64,000 bases of DNA from a virus. Lineage: Duplodnaviria > Caudoviricetes. The notes beneath the pieces are model-generated. The model worked only from the letters and a program-made list of their open reading frames with translations. It did no database searches and was not told where the DNA came from. Shown piece by piece: positions 8,488 to 18,076 of the stretch. The stretch lies in the IMG/VR virus record IMGVR_UViG_3300005445_000001, positions 21,651-85,650 of that record, one strand, 5' to 3'. The translations under genes were made by a program, and so were the position numbers. The first letter of the stretch is position 1; each line of letters begins with the position of its first letter.

Positions 8488-8776
8488 CCCTAGCTCCAAT
8501 GTCTGAGACTCCACTCCAACCAATATCACGCGCCGCGGAGAGCACCTTCGCTTGGGCCGGCTTGGGCGCGAGCGCGACGATCTTCGATCCACATCCGTCA
8601 CAGGTGAGGATGTAGCGCTCGTAGATTGGATACTCACGTTCGTTTCGCTCTTCGACAATGCGAGATAGGCGATCGATCTCTTGCAATGCTGAGTTATAGA
8701 GGCCCTTGAGCCTGACGTACGCTGCAAGCTCAATCGTCTCATCCAATCTGCTAGCTTCTTCGCCATCGTTGCTCAC
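8435..8776 (-). CDS. coiled-coil + Zn-finger protein
   Basis: GTGA overlap at 8776; CDGC...HRCEKC. Confidence 0.55.
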   Translation of the reverse strand: MSNDGEEASRLDETIELAAYVRLKGLYNSALQEIDRLSRIVEERNEREYPIYERYILTCDGCGSKIVALAPKPAQAKVLSAARDIGWSGVSDIGARDAQHRCEKCTASAAQTS

Positions 8777-8943
8777 GGGGTCAACAGCCCCTTGACGAAG
8801 TCGACGATCTCGAGCCACTCTGGCGTGCTCAAATCTACCTCGCGACGGATCACCCAGCCACGACGATGGAGCTCCTCGCGCATCCGATCACGAAGCTGCT
8901 CGTAGCTGATCACGTACTCGCCGGGGTCTACGTGACGAAGCAT
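8773..8943 (-). CDS. hypothetical protein
   Basis: TAATG overlap; 56 aa. Confidence 0.5.
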   Translation of the reverse strand: MLRHVDPGEYVISYEQLRDRMREELHRRGWVIRREVDLSTPEWLEIVDFVKGLLTP

Positions 8944-9569
8944 TACGGCAACCATCCATCTGGAAGAGGAGCGATCGCTGTCATTCCGTGTTGAGCATCG
9001 CCACCCGAGACAACACCGATGAGATCACCATCGCCATCATAGACGCCTGCACCACTGTCGCCGTGCTGCGTCTTGACTTTGATGAGTAAATCACCAGAGC
9101 CACATTGAACTCCTCGTGATAGTGCTACACAGCGAAGCTGATCCTTGCGCCAAGATAGCTTGGCCGGAACCACGTCGAGGACTTCGGCCGAAGCGATCTC
9201 GAGGAGCGCTACATCGGCGTCGATGTCCTCGCGAACGACGACAACCCGACGATGCGATCCATCGCTCATACGAATACGAGCCGTAGGAATCACCGGGCAC
9301 ATCGTCACGTGCGCGGCGGTCAGCAGATGTCGCCCATCGATGAACACGGCCGAGCCGCTGCGACGTGGATACCACTCGATCGTGTCGGTCGGCGGCAGTC
9401 CATCAGGATGCGGCGCGAGCATGTCTAGCTCGGAGCACCACACGGTGATCGTTGCGGAGTAGGCGGCTTGGCTGATCCACGAACGCGAGGTCTTCGGCTC
9501 GGTCGGAGCCTTCGGAACCAGGCAAGCTGAGAGCAACATCAAGATCACAAACCTCATCACTTGTTCCAT
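8943..9569 (-). CDS. trypsin-like (S1) serine protease lipoprotein
   Basis: LMLLSAC lipobox; LLTAAHV, DVALL, GDSGAGV triad motifs; start ambiguous (9557/9569/9593). Confidence 0.85.
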   Translation of the reverse strand: MEQVMRFVILMLLSACLVPKAPTEPKTSRSWISQAAYSATITVWCSELDMLAPHPDGLPPTDTIEWYPRRSGSAVFIDGRHLLTAAHVTMCPVIPTARIRMSDGSHRRVVVVREDIDADVALLEIASAEVLDVVPAKLSWRKDQLRCVALSRGVQCGSGDLLIKVKTQHGDSGAGVYDGDGDLIGVVSGGDAQHGMTAIAPLPDGWLP

Positions 9570-9589
9570 GCTTATCCGGTTGTCACCCC
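9567..9589. repeat. left arm of 23-bp imperfect inverted repeat
   Basis: CATGCTTATCCGGTTGTCACCCC; 21/23 match to the reverse complement of 10224-10246. Confidence 0.85.
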
Positions 9590-10204
9590 TCACAGGTTGA
9601 CCGCCTTTGTTAGTTGCTGAGTTGGCGCGGCGGTTGCCGCGATCGAAATAAGGAGATCACGAAATGGTGGCGGTGTGGCGCGGCGTTGCTTCCTCGACAT
9701 CCGTTGTACGGCGCCGATGCGGCGCTCACGCAAAGGATCACGTCCGGGACGCGGCTTGATCTGTGCTTCGCTCGGACCCCACGTTAGCGCCGGAAGCTCG
9801 GTGTGCGCCGCGTAGAGCCACGTGGCCTTGCGCGCGCGATGACCGTAATGGCCTTGCTCTACGCAGCACGTCCAGCCGATACCATCGCCAGCAGAGATCC
9901 AGCCACCTTTTCGCGGGGGTGCAGTCAGTCCGTGGATGCGCCAAGCGAGTGAATCGGCGGGATGCTCGATCACTCCTCCGAACACGCGAACGGCAGCTAG
10001 TGCCGACGCAAAACAGCCGTCATCTTGCCCGACGTTGGGACCCGCCCAGCGACCAAAGCGCTCGCACGGCGGGTGTGCGATCACGGGGTGCGGTCCTGCG
10101 TACAGCCGCGCATCTCGCACGACGTCCCAGGGCTCGATACCATCGAGCCCGAAGTAGCATCCGCCCGTCGCAACGAACAATGCCGCTATGTAGGTGGCAG
10201 TCAT
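9590..10204 (-). CDS. compact C5-cytosine DNA methyltransferase-like protein
   Basis: IAHPPC catalytic motif, IEHP (ENP-like), EQGHYGHRARKATWL. Confidence 0.7.
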   Translation of the reverse strand: MTATYIAALFVATGGCYFGLDGIEPWDVVRDARLYAGPHPVIAHPPCERFGRWAGPNVGQDDGCFASALAAVRVFGGVIEHPADSLAWRIHGLTAPPRKGGWISAGDGIGWTCCVEQGHYGHRARKATWLYAAHTELPALTWGPSEAQIKPRPGRDPLRERRIGAVQRMSRKQRRATPPPFRDLLISIAATAAPTQQLTKAVNL

Positions 10205-10223
10205 CGTGCGCTCGTCACGTTTG

Positions 10224-10246
10224 GGGGTGTTAACCGGATAAGCATG
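10224..10246. repeat. right arm of 23-bp imperfect inverted repeat
   Basis: GGGGTGTTAACCGGATAAGCATG. Confidence 0.85.
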
Positions 10247-10460
10247 ACTTGTTCTCCTCTGACATCAACCTACGAAGCTCTTTCCAAGCCGCGACCGATT
10301 CGGGGCTCGGGTCATAGATATTGACCGTCACCAACGATTGGTTCTCGGTTCCGTTGATCGCCTCGAAGATCCGCTTGAACATCGTCGTTTCGTTCTCGCT
10401 TGTGTTAACCAGGACTTCGAAGCGCAAAAATCTTCCACCATGTTTTGGTTCGGTATTCAT
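10230..10460 (-). CDS. hypothetical protein
   Basis: 76 aa, ATGA overlap with upstream endonuclease. Confidence 0.55.
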   Translation of the reverse strand: MNTEPKHGGRFLRFEVLVNTSENETTMFKRIFEAINGTENQSLVTVNIYDPSPESVAAWKELRRLMSEENKSCLSG

Positions 10461-10954
10461 CTAGATCTCTCCACGTAGTCGGCTAATCCTCTAAGTACAA
10501 GAGGATCATCGTTGCAATGACCTAAGGCCAAATTGCAGTGATGACAGAGAATTCCCCTAACTTTAAAGGGGTCACGTTGATGATCAACATGCCAAAGATC
10601 CCGCTTGTTTTTGGGATGAACGCTCTTACACACAGCACAACATTTTCCTTGGCTATTGAATAACTTATTCCAATCCTCAATCGTGATTCCAAATTTGGAT
10701 CTCAGATTGTGCTCACGCTTGTAGTCTGGGTTTCTCTCTAACCATATCTTTCTATATGCCTTCTTTTTCTCCTTGTTCTCAGGCTTTGACTCATATTTAG
10801 CCCGGCTTCTCTTGCCGCTATCTGGGTTTCTAGCTCGCCAAGCCCTTTGATACTCTTTCCCAAACTTAGATCGATGTTTGCGGGCAGAGTCATTTACGCT
10901 ATCGATATGAGCCGCCCTCCAAGCTCTTTGGTACTCCTTATTTGCCGTGGTCAC
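10457..10954 (-). CDS. endonuclease VII-type HNH endonuclease
   Basis: CAVC...HVDH...VRGILCHHCNLALG; about 43% GC in a hand-counted 60-nt line. Confidence 0.85.
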   Translation of the reverse strand: MTTANKEYQRAWRAAHIDSVNDSARKHRSKFGKEYQRAWRARNPDSGKRSRAKYESKPENKEKKKAYRKIWLERNPDYKREHNLRSKFGITIEDWNKLFNSQGKCCAVCKSVHPKNKRDLWHVDHQRDPFKVRGILCHHCNLALGHCNDDPLVLRGLADYVERSR

Positions 10955-11166
10955 TTCATCAAACTCCCATCTTGAGCAAGCTCGTGGAGAAATTCTGCGA
11001 GCGTGGCGTAGATGATCACTTGCAGCTGAAGGAGCTGCAGTTTGCCGGGATCGGTCTCACCGGCGATCTTGCCCCGGCACGCAGAGACCTTGCTCGTGCA
11101 GCGTGTGGCGATCTTCATGAACGTCCGCGAGACGATCTGATCGGTTCCCAAGAGCTTACCGAACAT
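10951..11166 (-). CDS. hypothetical protein
   Basis: ATG 11166 (MFGKLLGT...), GAAGGG upstream. Confidence 0.5.
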   Translation of the reverse strand: MFGKLLGTDQIVSRTFMKIATRCTSKVSACRGKIAGETDPGKLQLLQLQVIIYATLAEFLHELAQDGSLMK

Positions 11167-11458
11167 TGATCCCTTCCCTTCGAACGATGTTTGCAACTCC
11201 CCAACGCTCACAGCATTCGTTAGCGCCGATCGATGCTGGGCATTCGCCGAACGTCTTGCAGTTGCAGGACGCGACCCACACCGTTGGGTGGTAGAGAATC
11301 TTGCTGACGGTCTCATCAGAGTAGAGGCTTCTGATCTTCGCGATGAACGCAAGGCCAGGTTGGCCATCGTCGGGCAACCACTTGTTGGTGTAGATGACCT
11401 TGCGAGCTCGACGGCGCGAGACGATCTCGAGCCGGAACACCTTTACGGTATCGGCCAT
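11156..11458 (-). CDS. hypothetical Cys-containing protein
   Basis: ATG 11458 (MADTVKVF...); CNC...C...CC. Confidence 0.45.
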   Translation of the reverse strand: MADTVKVFRLEIVSRRRARKVIYTNKWLPDDGQPGLAFIAKIRSLYSDETVSKILYHPTVWVASCNCKTFGECPASIGANECCERWGVANIVRREGINVR

Positions 11459-11484
11459 GCTCGGAGGTCGGCAAAACGGGTGCT

Positions 11485-11793
11485 TCACGGCGGCAGACCA
11501 TCTCCTCGAAGACCGAGCTCGATCTCGAGCATCTCGAGAACATCGAGGCACATCCTGAGATGCATCTCAGGCGTCTTGTCGATCAGCTCGCCACGAACGC
11601 TCTTGATCGCGTTGGTAACGTCATCCAGCGAAAAACCGCACGTGTGAAAATGGGTCTTGCTAAGAGACTTGACAGAGTCACATAGCCTCTTGACTGATCG
11701 ACGAAGATCACGGTTCTCTTCGAGCGTTAGGTTGAGCATCCTAACGTAAGCGGCTGCTTCGGGCGGAGGATTGTCTAGATCGATCGAGCTCAT
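11485..11793 (-). CDS. hypothetical helical protein
   Basis: TGATG overlap with thyX stop. Confidence 0.55.
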   Translation of the reverse strand: MSSIDLDNPPPEAAAYVRMLNLTLEENRDLRRSVKRLCDSVKSLSKTHFHTCGFSLDDVTNAIKSVRGELIDKTPEMHLRMCLDVLEMLEIELGLRGDGLPP

Positions 11794-12635
11794 CACTTCT
11801 CCATCGTCACGAACAGGTTGGGCCATCGAGCAAGCGCAACACGCTTCCACGTGCGGGCAAAGCGGCACATTTCCATATCAGCCGCTTCATCGTCACGCTC
11901 GGCAAAGAATTTCATCATGGCCATTGGATTGGTGGTCCAGATAAACGACGTGCCGCAACTCATCAAGAGATCACCGGCCGTCGACTCGTAGATCCGTTTC
12001 TTGTCGAGGCCCTTCGGCTCAGCCCCTTTATGAAGATGTCTATATCGATTTACCTTTTGTTCGATCGTCCCAACATAAGCGCTATAGTTACTCTGAGCTA
12101 GATCTCGAAAGTGGCTGAGTTCTACCTCGTCTTCGAGGTAGTACGGATGCGCGATGTAGACGCCCGGATGATGCGTGAACCGCGTCGACTCCTGCGACGG
12201 CGAGCCTTCCTCGTCGCGATCGGCGCCAACGTAGTTGCGGATCAGCTCGTGAGATACGCGCCGCGAGATGTGCGCAAAGAAGAAGGTCATCTTGGCGTGG
12301 TAACCCGTCGAGCGATGCGGGATTCGTCCCTGCCACATCGAGCGGAGATACTCTTCATTTGTCCGCTTAGCGCCGGCTTCGGCGAAGCTGTCGTAGCACT
12401 TCCGACCTGCAAGCTCGCACAGTAGCTCGTTGTCGGTGATGCGAAAACCGTTCTCGCGTAAGCCGTTGTGAGGAACAAGATCCAGCACGTCCTCGAATCC
12501 GCCTTCGGGGACGCAGTTGGGTCGATACGTCTGGACCCAATCCGCCATCTCGATCACACCAAGACGATCTAGCCTCATGTCAGCGAGTACGACGACGATC
12601 GGATCGTCGGTGATGATGGTTGCTTTGGCGGTCAC
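11793..12635 (-). CDS. thyX: flavin-dependent thymidylate synthase
   Basis: ELAGRKCY, ISRRVSHELIR, SQESTRF signature segments. Confidence 0.85.
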   Translation of the reverse strand: MTAKATIITDDPIVVVLADMRLDRLGVIEMADWVQTYRPNCVPEGGFEDVLDLVPHNGLRENGFRITDNELLCELAGRKCYDSFAEAGAKRTNEEYLRSMWQGRIPHRSTGYHAKMTFFFAHISRRVSHELIRNYVGADRDEEGSPSQESTRFTHHPGVYIAHPYYLEDEVELSHFRDLAQSNYSAYVGTIEQKVNRYRHLHKGAEPKGLDKKRIYESTAGDLLMSCGTSFIWTTNPMAMMKFFAERDDEAADMEMCRFARTWKRVALARWPNLFVTMEK

Positions 12636-12697
12636 TTGAGCGGCTCCCCGAGTGTTCCCTTGAGTTGGGCGATGCGGCGCCTACCACAAAAATTCAT
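12632..12697 (-). pseudogene. 21-codon remnant resembling the C-terminus of the DUF3310 gene
   Basis: MNFCGRRRIAQLKGTLGEPLK* versus RKIAQMRGEAPPSLK*; GTGA overlap with thyX start. Confidence 0.45.
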
Positions 12698-13133
12698 GAT
12701 CTTGATCTCCCAAACGGACCCTAGCCATTGCTAGATATTGTCTCAGCAACTCTACTCTATGAGATTGCTTGTTAAGCATTCCATCTAGGGCATTGCAAAA
12801 TCTGCACAATACCCCACGAATTTTCCCAGTCGTATAGCAATGATCAACACAAGCTGTTCTATGAGAAAGGGGTAACCCGCACGACTCACATTTGAGTCCA
12901 CTCCTAGCAATAGCTAGACGAACCTCTTCAACTGGAACACCTAATCTCCAAGCCCTCTGATGATCTCTCCTAGATTCTGGATTTTTCTTCTGTCTATCAA
13001 TTATCCCCTTGATTAGGCGCTTCCTATTTCGAAGATATTTCTCCTTAGCTGTTATCCTACAGCATAGGATACAGGCTCCGTGTTTATTCCTTTCGGGGTT
13101 TGGGTGCCCCCTCTTGCAGTATTTGATCGTCAT
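12681..13133 (-). CDS. endonuclease VII-type HNH endonuclease with N-terminal Zn finger
   Basis: YCKRGH...CILC; CESC...VDHCYTTGKIRGVLCRFCN; AT-rich. Confidence 0.85.
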   Translation of the reverse strand: MTIKYCKRGHPNPERNKHGACILCCRITAKEKYLRNRKRLIKGIIDRQKKNPESRRDHQRAWRLGVPVEEVRLAIARSGLKCESCGLPLSHRTACVDHCYTTGKIRGVLCRFCNALDGMLNKQSHRVELLRQYLAMARVRLGDQDHEFLW

Positions 13134-13531
13134 TTCAATGAAGGTGGAGCCTCTCCCCTCATCTGTGCAATCTTGCGTTCCAGGTACCACTTACTCTTTA
13201 GTAAGTCCTCCAAACCAGCCTTTTGTTTATGGCGCAAGATGTACTTCACCACATTGCCAAGCTCAAATCCAAGGTCGAAGGTCTCGATGATCCGCATCAC
13301 GAGGTCACCCTTGTAGTGGCTCGGGTTGACCGGATCATCTCGATCACACTCGAGACACGTGCCATCAGAACGCATCAACTTACTTCCATGCTTCGAGCAA
13401 ATCGGTTGGGGTGACGTCGTCTTGCTGGGTAGAACTCGACGGGCCTTATCAGCGATCTCGGTTGATCTTCTACCTGCATCCTCTTGCATGATCCTCATCC
13501 CTTCCAGATCCATTGGGTCATCCTTATCCAT
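13130..13531 (-). CDS. DUF3310 (SaV-like) protein
   Basis: DPVNPSHY...GFELGNVVKYILRHKQKAGLEDLLKSKWYLER. Confidence 0.8.
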   Translation of the reverse strand: MDKDDPMDLEGMRIMQEDAGRRSTEIADKARRVLPSKTTSPQPICSKHGSKLMRSDGTCLECDRDDPVNPSHYKGDLVMRIIETFDLGFELGNVVKYILRHKQKAGLEDLLKSKWYLERKIAQMRGEAPPSLK

Positions 13532-13731
13532 CAGATCTTGCCTCGTTTGCCTGGATGAGTCTGGCGAGCACGCCGACGCTTTGCAGCCCAATCAGCAAGA
13601 CTCATCTTGTCGATGGCTGATCCGCCACCCTTTACCGTGGTGCGAACGCGACCATCCTTGTCGGTGCGCACCACGTAGCGAACGGTGGGAATGTAGTTGA
13701 GAGGCCTGGCCGGCTTCGTGCTGCTCTTCAT
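13531..13731 (-). CDS. small basic protein
   Basis: 66 aa, K/R-rich, TGATG overlap. Confidence 0.55.
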   Translation of the reverse strand: MKSSTKPARPLNYIPTVRYVVRTDKDGRVRTTVKGGGSAIDKMSLADWAAKRRRARQTHPGKRGKI

Positions 13732-13764
13732 CGCTCGATCAGCTTACGATCTTGCGAGGAGACC

Positions 13765-14256
13765 TTAGGCGGCTCGCGGGAAGTTGAGGCGCGCAAACTC
13801 TCCGAACAACTCCATCGCTGCGCGATCATAAGCTAGTGCTGCTTCCTCTCGCGTATCGTAGGAACCTAAGTTGATCGATCGCCTCCTCGACTTGATCCAT
13901 GCGCCCCACCGTCTACCACGTTTGGAGACGCCTTTGAATCCTGAAGTGTTGTGACTCGGCCTAGCGGCATTTTGAAGTTGTTGCTCACGTGTCGCTAACC
14001 GCAAATTCGAGCGTCTGCAGTCCAACGGATTCCCGTTCCTGTGATCAACTTCTTGTGTTGGATAGGCTCCCAAGATCGCGCGCATCACTTCGCGATGTAG
14101 ATACAACGTAGACCTCTTCCATCTTCGACGACGAACGTAGAATTTCCCATGCGTCGACTTCTTGACCTCCCAGTCAATTACAGCAAGGGGCTGATCCTCA
14201 TCGTCGATCAAAGCAACGACAAGGTGTGATCCGTGCGCGATCTTGATCTCGATCAC
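13765..14256 (-). CDS. HNH-AP2 endonuclease
   Basis: [20 protein letters not shown]; SGFKGVS...[18 protein letters not shown]...NFP (AP2 domain). Confidence 0.9.
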   Translation of the reverse strand: MIEIKIAHGSHLVVALIDDEDQPLAVIDWEVKKSTHGKFYVRRRRWKRSTLYLHREVMRAILGAYPTQEVDHRNGNPLDCRRSNLRLATREQQLQNAARPSHNTSGFKGVSKRGRRWGAWIKSRRRSINLGSYDTREEAALAYDRAAMELFGEFARLNFPRAA

Positions 14257-17200
14257 GCTGCCCGCGCCCAAGTTTGAGAGATTCGTGATTCGATCGGGAA
14301 TGGAATCCTATGTCCGTCCCTTTCATACTCTTGAGGAAAGACTCGATCGAGGTCAGCTTGAAACTTTTCCGCATCATCTTCCCAAACCTCAAATACTGAA
14401 GCGTCGTGGACTTGGACGATTGGAAAAGCTTGCTTGTAGCAAGCACACACCTCTATCATTCTCTCCATTCCTGTATTCATGATCGCCGCTCCGGTGGCTT
14501 GGGGGACAATGTTCAAAGCTTCGTTAGCATCGACATTTCCAAGAGGCCACCAGCGCGTGCGACCGTCGACGAAATCGTAGAGTTTGAATGGATACGTGGA
14601 GGCCTTGAGCACCGTCTCGCGTTGCCAACGCACGACGCCTGCCATCCGGCGCATGAGCAAACCAACCGCGCGCTCGACATCAGCAAGCTTGAGATCGTAG
14701 CCATCCTTGAGGAGCGTCTTCCACAACGTGTCGATCGACCCACCATAAAACGCGCCGTACTCGACATTTTTTGTGACCGAGCGAGCCCGTTTCTGTTCAC
14801 CCTTGACGAGCTGATCCCAGTTCGTGAAGATCACCTTGGCGCATTCGGTGTGAACATCCTTGCCGGTCGCAAAGACGTCGAGTAGGAATGGATCGCCAGA
14901 GATGATCGCGATGATTCTCGCCTCTAGCTGAGCAAGATCGAAGCTCACAAACTTGCGCCCGTGCCGTGCCACAAACTGTCGTTTGCTCGTCGGACGCTCA
15001 ATCGCTGCGTATGCCTCCCCCTTATCGATGCATCTCTGAATGTCCTCGGGCTTGACCTTGTAGAACCCTCGAGACACCAAACCCCTTGCGAACAGGTTGG
15101 CATCCGTTTCACCCTCAAGTCGAACCGTCTTGATGAGCTCCTTGAGTGGATTGGAGACAACCGGATCACGACTTGCCCAGCGGCCAGAGATCTTGTGAGT
15201 AGACCAAATGCTATGGCATCGATCGTTCTCGTCGCAGAATCCATACTGAATGACGTCACCGCTAGCGGTGTACCGATCGAACATCGGCCAGATGAACGTG
15301 CCTAGCGCTTTGTCTTGCTCGCGGTACTTGAGAATGTTCCGAACGATCGGAAGGTGGGCCAGCGACTCGAGGATCTCTTTCTTCGTCGAGACCTCACCGG
15401 TTTCGGTCTTCTGATGGAGGCTCACGCCCATCGCTAGGAGCAACGCCGCAATGTGCTTGCCGGCATTGATGTTCCACTTCCAGTCGGACTCGGTCTTCAT
15501 CTCGCGCAAGCGAGCGTTGTATCGCTCCTCGTAGTCATCGGGATCGTCTTTGCGCTGCTTGCTCGCTTGCTGAATCGCAAGATGGTGGAAGATCGCTTCA
15601 CGGATCTTGGGATCGGCTGCGGCATCATCTACCTTGCGACGTTCCTCGGCAGCGATCTTCGAGAACGAGTTGAGGAGCTCGGTGTTGACCTCACGACTCA
15701 CCGGCATCCCATCGAGGTGCATCTGGCTCGCGAGCATCGCCATCTTGCGATCGCGCTCGTAGACACGCTCGACGTTGTTTTTCTTCACCATGATCTCGAG
15801 CGGTGCACGTAGGGCTCGCGTGGCGAAGGTATCAAGCGCGTTGTACGTCGTCAGCTTTTCGGGCGTCTCCTCAGCATTCCTAAATTCCGACTTCCATGGT
15901 TGGATGCAAAAGAACTGCGTGGCGACGTTCTGCAACCGATGGCTCACCCCAGGAAACGCTGCGTGGTGAGCAAGAAGCGTGTCCGCGAAGCTAGTATCGT
16001 TGATGATGAAGCCGTACGCTCGAAACACCGTGTAGTCATAGAGCCCGTTGTGGAACGTCAATCGGACCTTGCCGAACAGCAGTTGCATCAAGCTGTGCGT
16101 CCACGCCGGTAGCAGATCCCACATCACAGAGACGGCACGATGCTCGGTCGCGAGCCCGAGCGCACGAATGCGAGCGACGTAGGCCATCAGCGCGTGATGA
16201 CGATCCGGATCCTCGACGTAGGTCTCGAGGTCGATCGCGAGCTCGCCTTCCTTGAGCGCTTGCTCGAACATCTCGAGGAACAGCCGCAGCGCGCGATCGG
16301 CGTCGGTGAATTCGATCTCAATGTTGGGATGGAGCCTAAGGTCATCGCCTTTAGCGAGCCGATCGACCTTGAGCGCGTCGTACATCAAGTTGACGTAGGC
16401 AAGGTCTGGTGAGTGGGTGCCACCTATCGTCGCGCCACCTCCACGCAGTAGCGCCGCAGGGTGGATTGCGGGTATAAGAGGCCTAGGGCCAGAGCCATCC
16501 ACATCGACGTCAAACGTCGCTGACATGATGTCGGTGATCTTGATCGGCTTCTTCTTTTTAGGCTTGACCTTGCCGCCGAGCTTCTTCTTGAGCTCTTTCT
16601 CCTTGAGTTTCTCGGCGTAGACGTCTGGTGCATCGGCCTTCACCTTTCGTTCGATCGCGGCTCGATCCTTCGCCATCTGCGCGATGATGTAGCGCTGGCT
16701 CGGCTTCCTACGATGAGCCTTCCAAATCTCATCGCGGATCTGTTTCTCTCGATAGAGAAGAACCTTCTTGAGGAGCTGCTTTTCGATTTTCTCGATCGCC
16801 TTTTTCTGGCGCGCAAGGAGCTTTGCCTCGATGCGCTGACGATCCTTCTGTCCACGCTTCATCTTCTTCGGCGCATCGGGCGGATCGATCGCGTCGAGCA
16901 CGGCCTTAGGAATCACCGACCGCGCTGCGACCGCACCGAGCGTCAAGATCGGCTTGCCGGGCCATTGCGCGAGCTCGCGTCTGAGCCTCTCCTTGCAGGC
17001 CTCAGCCGCTTTCTCTCGTAGATGCTCAGCCGATCCATACGGGGGCATGCAAAGAGTACTGTTAAGGATGGCGACCTGTTCTCGAGGTCGACCGATCTTC
17101 GCGAGCAGCTTGTTGACGACTTGCCCAGACTGGCCGACGAATGGCCGTTTGAGCATGATTTCTGTTCGGCCCGGGCCTTCGCCAATTAGAATCCACTTCG

Positions 17201-17342
17201 GATTCTCAGGGAACTCAGAGAACACAGGCTTGGTAGGAACCCCGCACGTAGAGAACGGACATTCGTCGCACTTGGCTCCATCAGCCGTGCCACGTAGAAC
17301 CGGAAGCGCAATGCGCTCCGGTGCCGTTTGTGCTGTAGCCAT
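14253..17342 (-). CDS. polA: family A DNA polymerase with N-terminal family-4 uracil-DNA glycosylase and 3'-5' exonuclease
   Basis: UDG: CDECP, IGEGPG, PFVGQSG, HPAALLR; exonuclease: IDLET, HNGLYD, YNALD; polymerase motif [28 protein letters not shown]. Confidence 0.95.
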   Translation of the reverse strand: MATAQTAPERIALPVLRGTADGAKCDECPFSTCGVPTKPVFSEFPENPKWILIGEGPGRTEIMLKRPFVGQSGQVVNKLLAKIGRPREQVAILNSTLCMPPYGSAEHLREKAAEACKERLRRELAQWPGKPILTLGAVAARSVIPKAVLDAIDPPDAPKKMKRGQKDRQRIEAKLLARQKKAIEKIEKQLLKKVLLYREKQIRDEIWKAHRRKPSQRYIIAQMAKDRAAIERKVKADAPDVYAEKLKEKELKKKLGGKVKPKKKKPIKITDIMSATFDVDVDGSGPRPLIPAIHPAALLRGGGATIGGTHSPDLAYVNLMYDALKVDRLAKGDDLRLHPNIEIEFTDADRALRLFLEMFEQALKEGELAIDLETYVEDPDRHHALMAYVARIRALGLATEHRAVSVMWDLLPAWTHSLMQLLFGKVRLTFHNGLYDYTVFRAYGFIINDTSFADTLLAHHAAFPGVSHRLQNVATQFFCIQPWKSEFRNAEETPEKLTTYNALDTFATRALRAPLEIMVKKNNVERVYERDRKMAMLASQMHLDGMPVSREVNTELLNSFSKIAAEERRKVDDAAADPKIREAIFHHLAIQQASKQRKDDPDDYEERYNARLREMKTESDWKWNINAGKHIAALLLAMGVSLHQKTETGEVSTKKEILESLAHLPIVRNILKYREQDKALGTFIWPMFDRYTASGDVIQYGFCDENDRCHSIWSTHKISGRWASRDPVVSNPLKELIKTVRLEGETDANLFARGLVSRGFYKVKPEDIQRCIDKGEAYAAIERPTSKRQFVARHGRKFVSFDLAQLEARIIAIISGDPFLLDVFATGKDVHTECAKVIFTNWDQLVKGEQKRARSVTKNVEYGAFYGGSIDTLWKTLLKDGYDLKLADVERAVGLLMRRMAGVVRWQRETVLKASTYPFKLYDFVDGRTRWWPLGNVDANEALNIVPQATGAAIMNTGMERMIEVCACYKQAFPIVQVHDASVFEVWEDDAEKFQADLDRVFPQEYERDGHRIPFPIESRISQTWARAA

Positions 17343-17348
17343 TGCTGG

Positions 17349-17909
17349 CTATTCGGGCTCTGAGCTCGCGGCTTCGATCTGCCGCACCACGACCGACGAA
17401 CGGATCCCGAGTGAAGCAGCGAAGCCACCTGGCCAACCATTCGGTGATGGACCCGCATCGACTAGCTCGGCGAGCATTTGTGGATCATCCACAAGTCGCG
17501 AGCCGCGACGAAGGTACACAACGAGGCGTTCACCAAGATCGACTTGGACAATGCGACCAGAGCGCGCGAGCGACTGCAAGTGGTAACGCAGCTGGCGCAT
17601 CGCCGTGTCTTCGCGTTCGGCGAGCGATCCATACTCATCGAGCACGTCTTGGTAGATCTCGAAGGAGCGCTTGGGAATCGTGTCGCTCAAGCAAGCCTCG
17701 ATGAGCTCGTCGAGGATCTCCGAAGAAGATTTCTTCCAAGGCTCGCGCAGCGGTTCGGTTGGTTTCGTCTTGCGTCTTCGCAAGCACAGTCCATGTGACA
17801 GCGCCTTGATCGCAGCTAGCGGCGCATCATGTGCTGGATGAATTTCTTCGCGGTCGCAGTCCTCGTCACGACAAATCTTCGACGGATCTAGATCCTCTTC
17901 TGCGTACAT
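17349..17909 (-). CDS. Zn-binding motif + winged-helix-like protein
   Basis: CRDEDCDREEIHPAH; C-terminal YG...LRYHLQSLARSGRIV. Confidence 0.55.
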   Translation of the reverse strand: MYAEEDLDPSKICRDEDCDREEIHPAHDAPLAAIKALSHGLCLRRRKTKPTEPLREPWKKSSSEILDELIEACLSDTIPKRSFEIYQDVLDEYGSLAEREDTAMRQLRYHLQSLARSGRIVQVDLGERLVVYLRRGSRLVDDPQMLAELVDAGPSPNGWPGGFAASLGIRSSVVVRQIEAASSEPE

Positions 17910-18076
17910 GTACCCGCCCCCGGGGTTGATGTGGTGGCCCGATCGACATTCGGGCTTTTGGTCACGTGAGCAACACGATCACGGAGCCTCTAAGATAACC
18001 TGACCCGGGGAGAATCCGTTAGGATCTTGATCTGGCAAGGTTATGCCAGGGGTAACCGCTCTTACTTACGCGTCGC

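Noticed and set aside
12681-14256. Group I introns housing the HNH genes
   Set aside because: The ORFs abut or overlap neighbouring genes with no room for an intron core, and the flanking genes are complete
17910-18076. Second ncRNA in the gap before 17909
   Set aside because: Only two short hairpins (CTGGCA/TGCCAG, GCCCGA/TCGGGC); consistent with ordinary promoter or terminator structure
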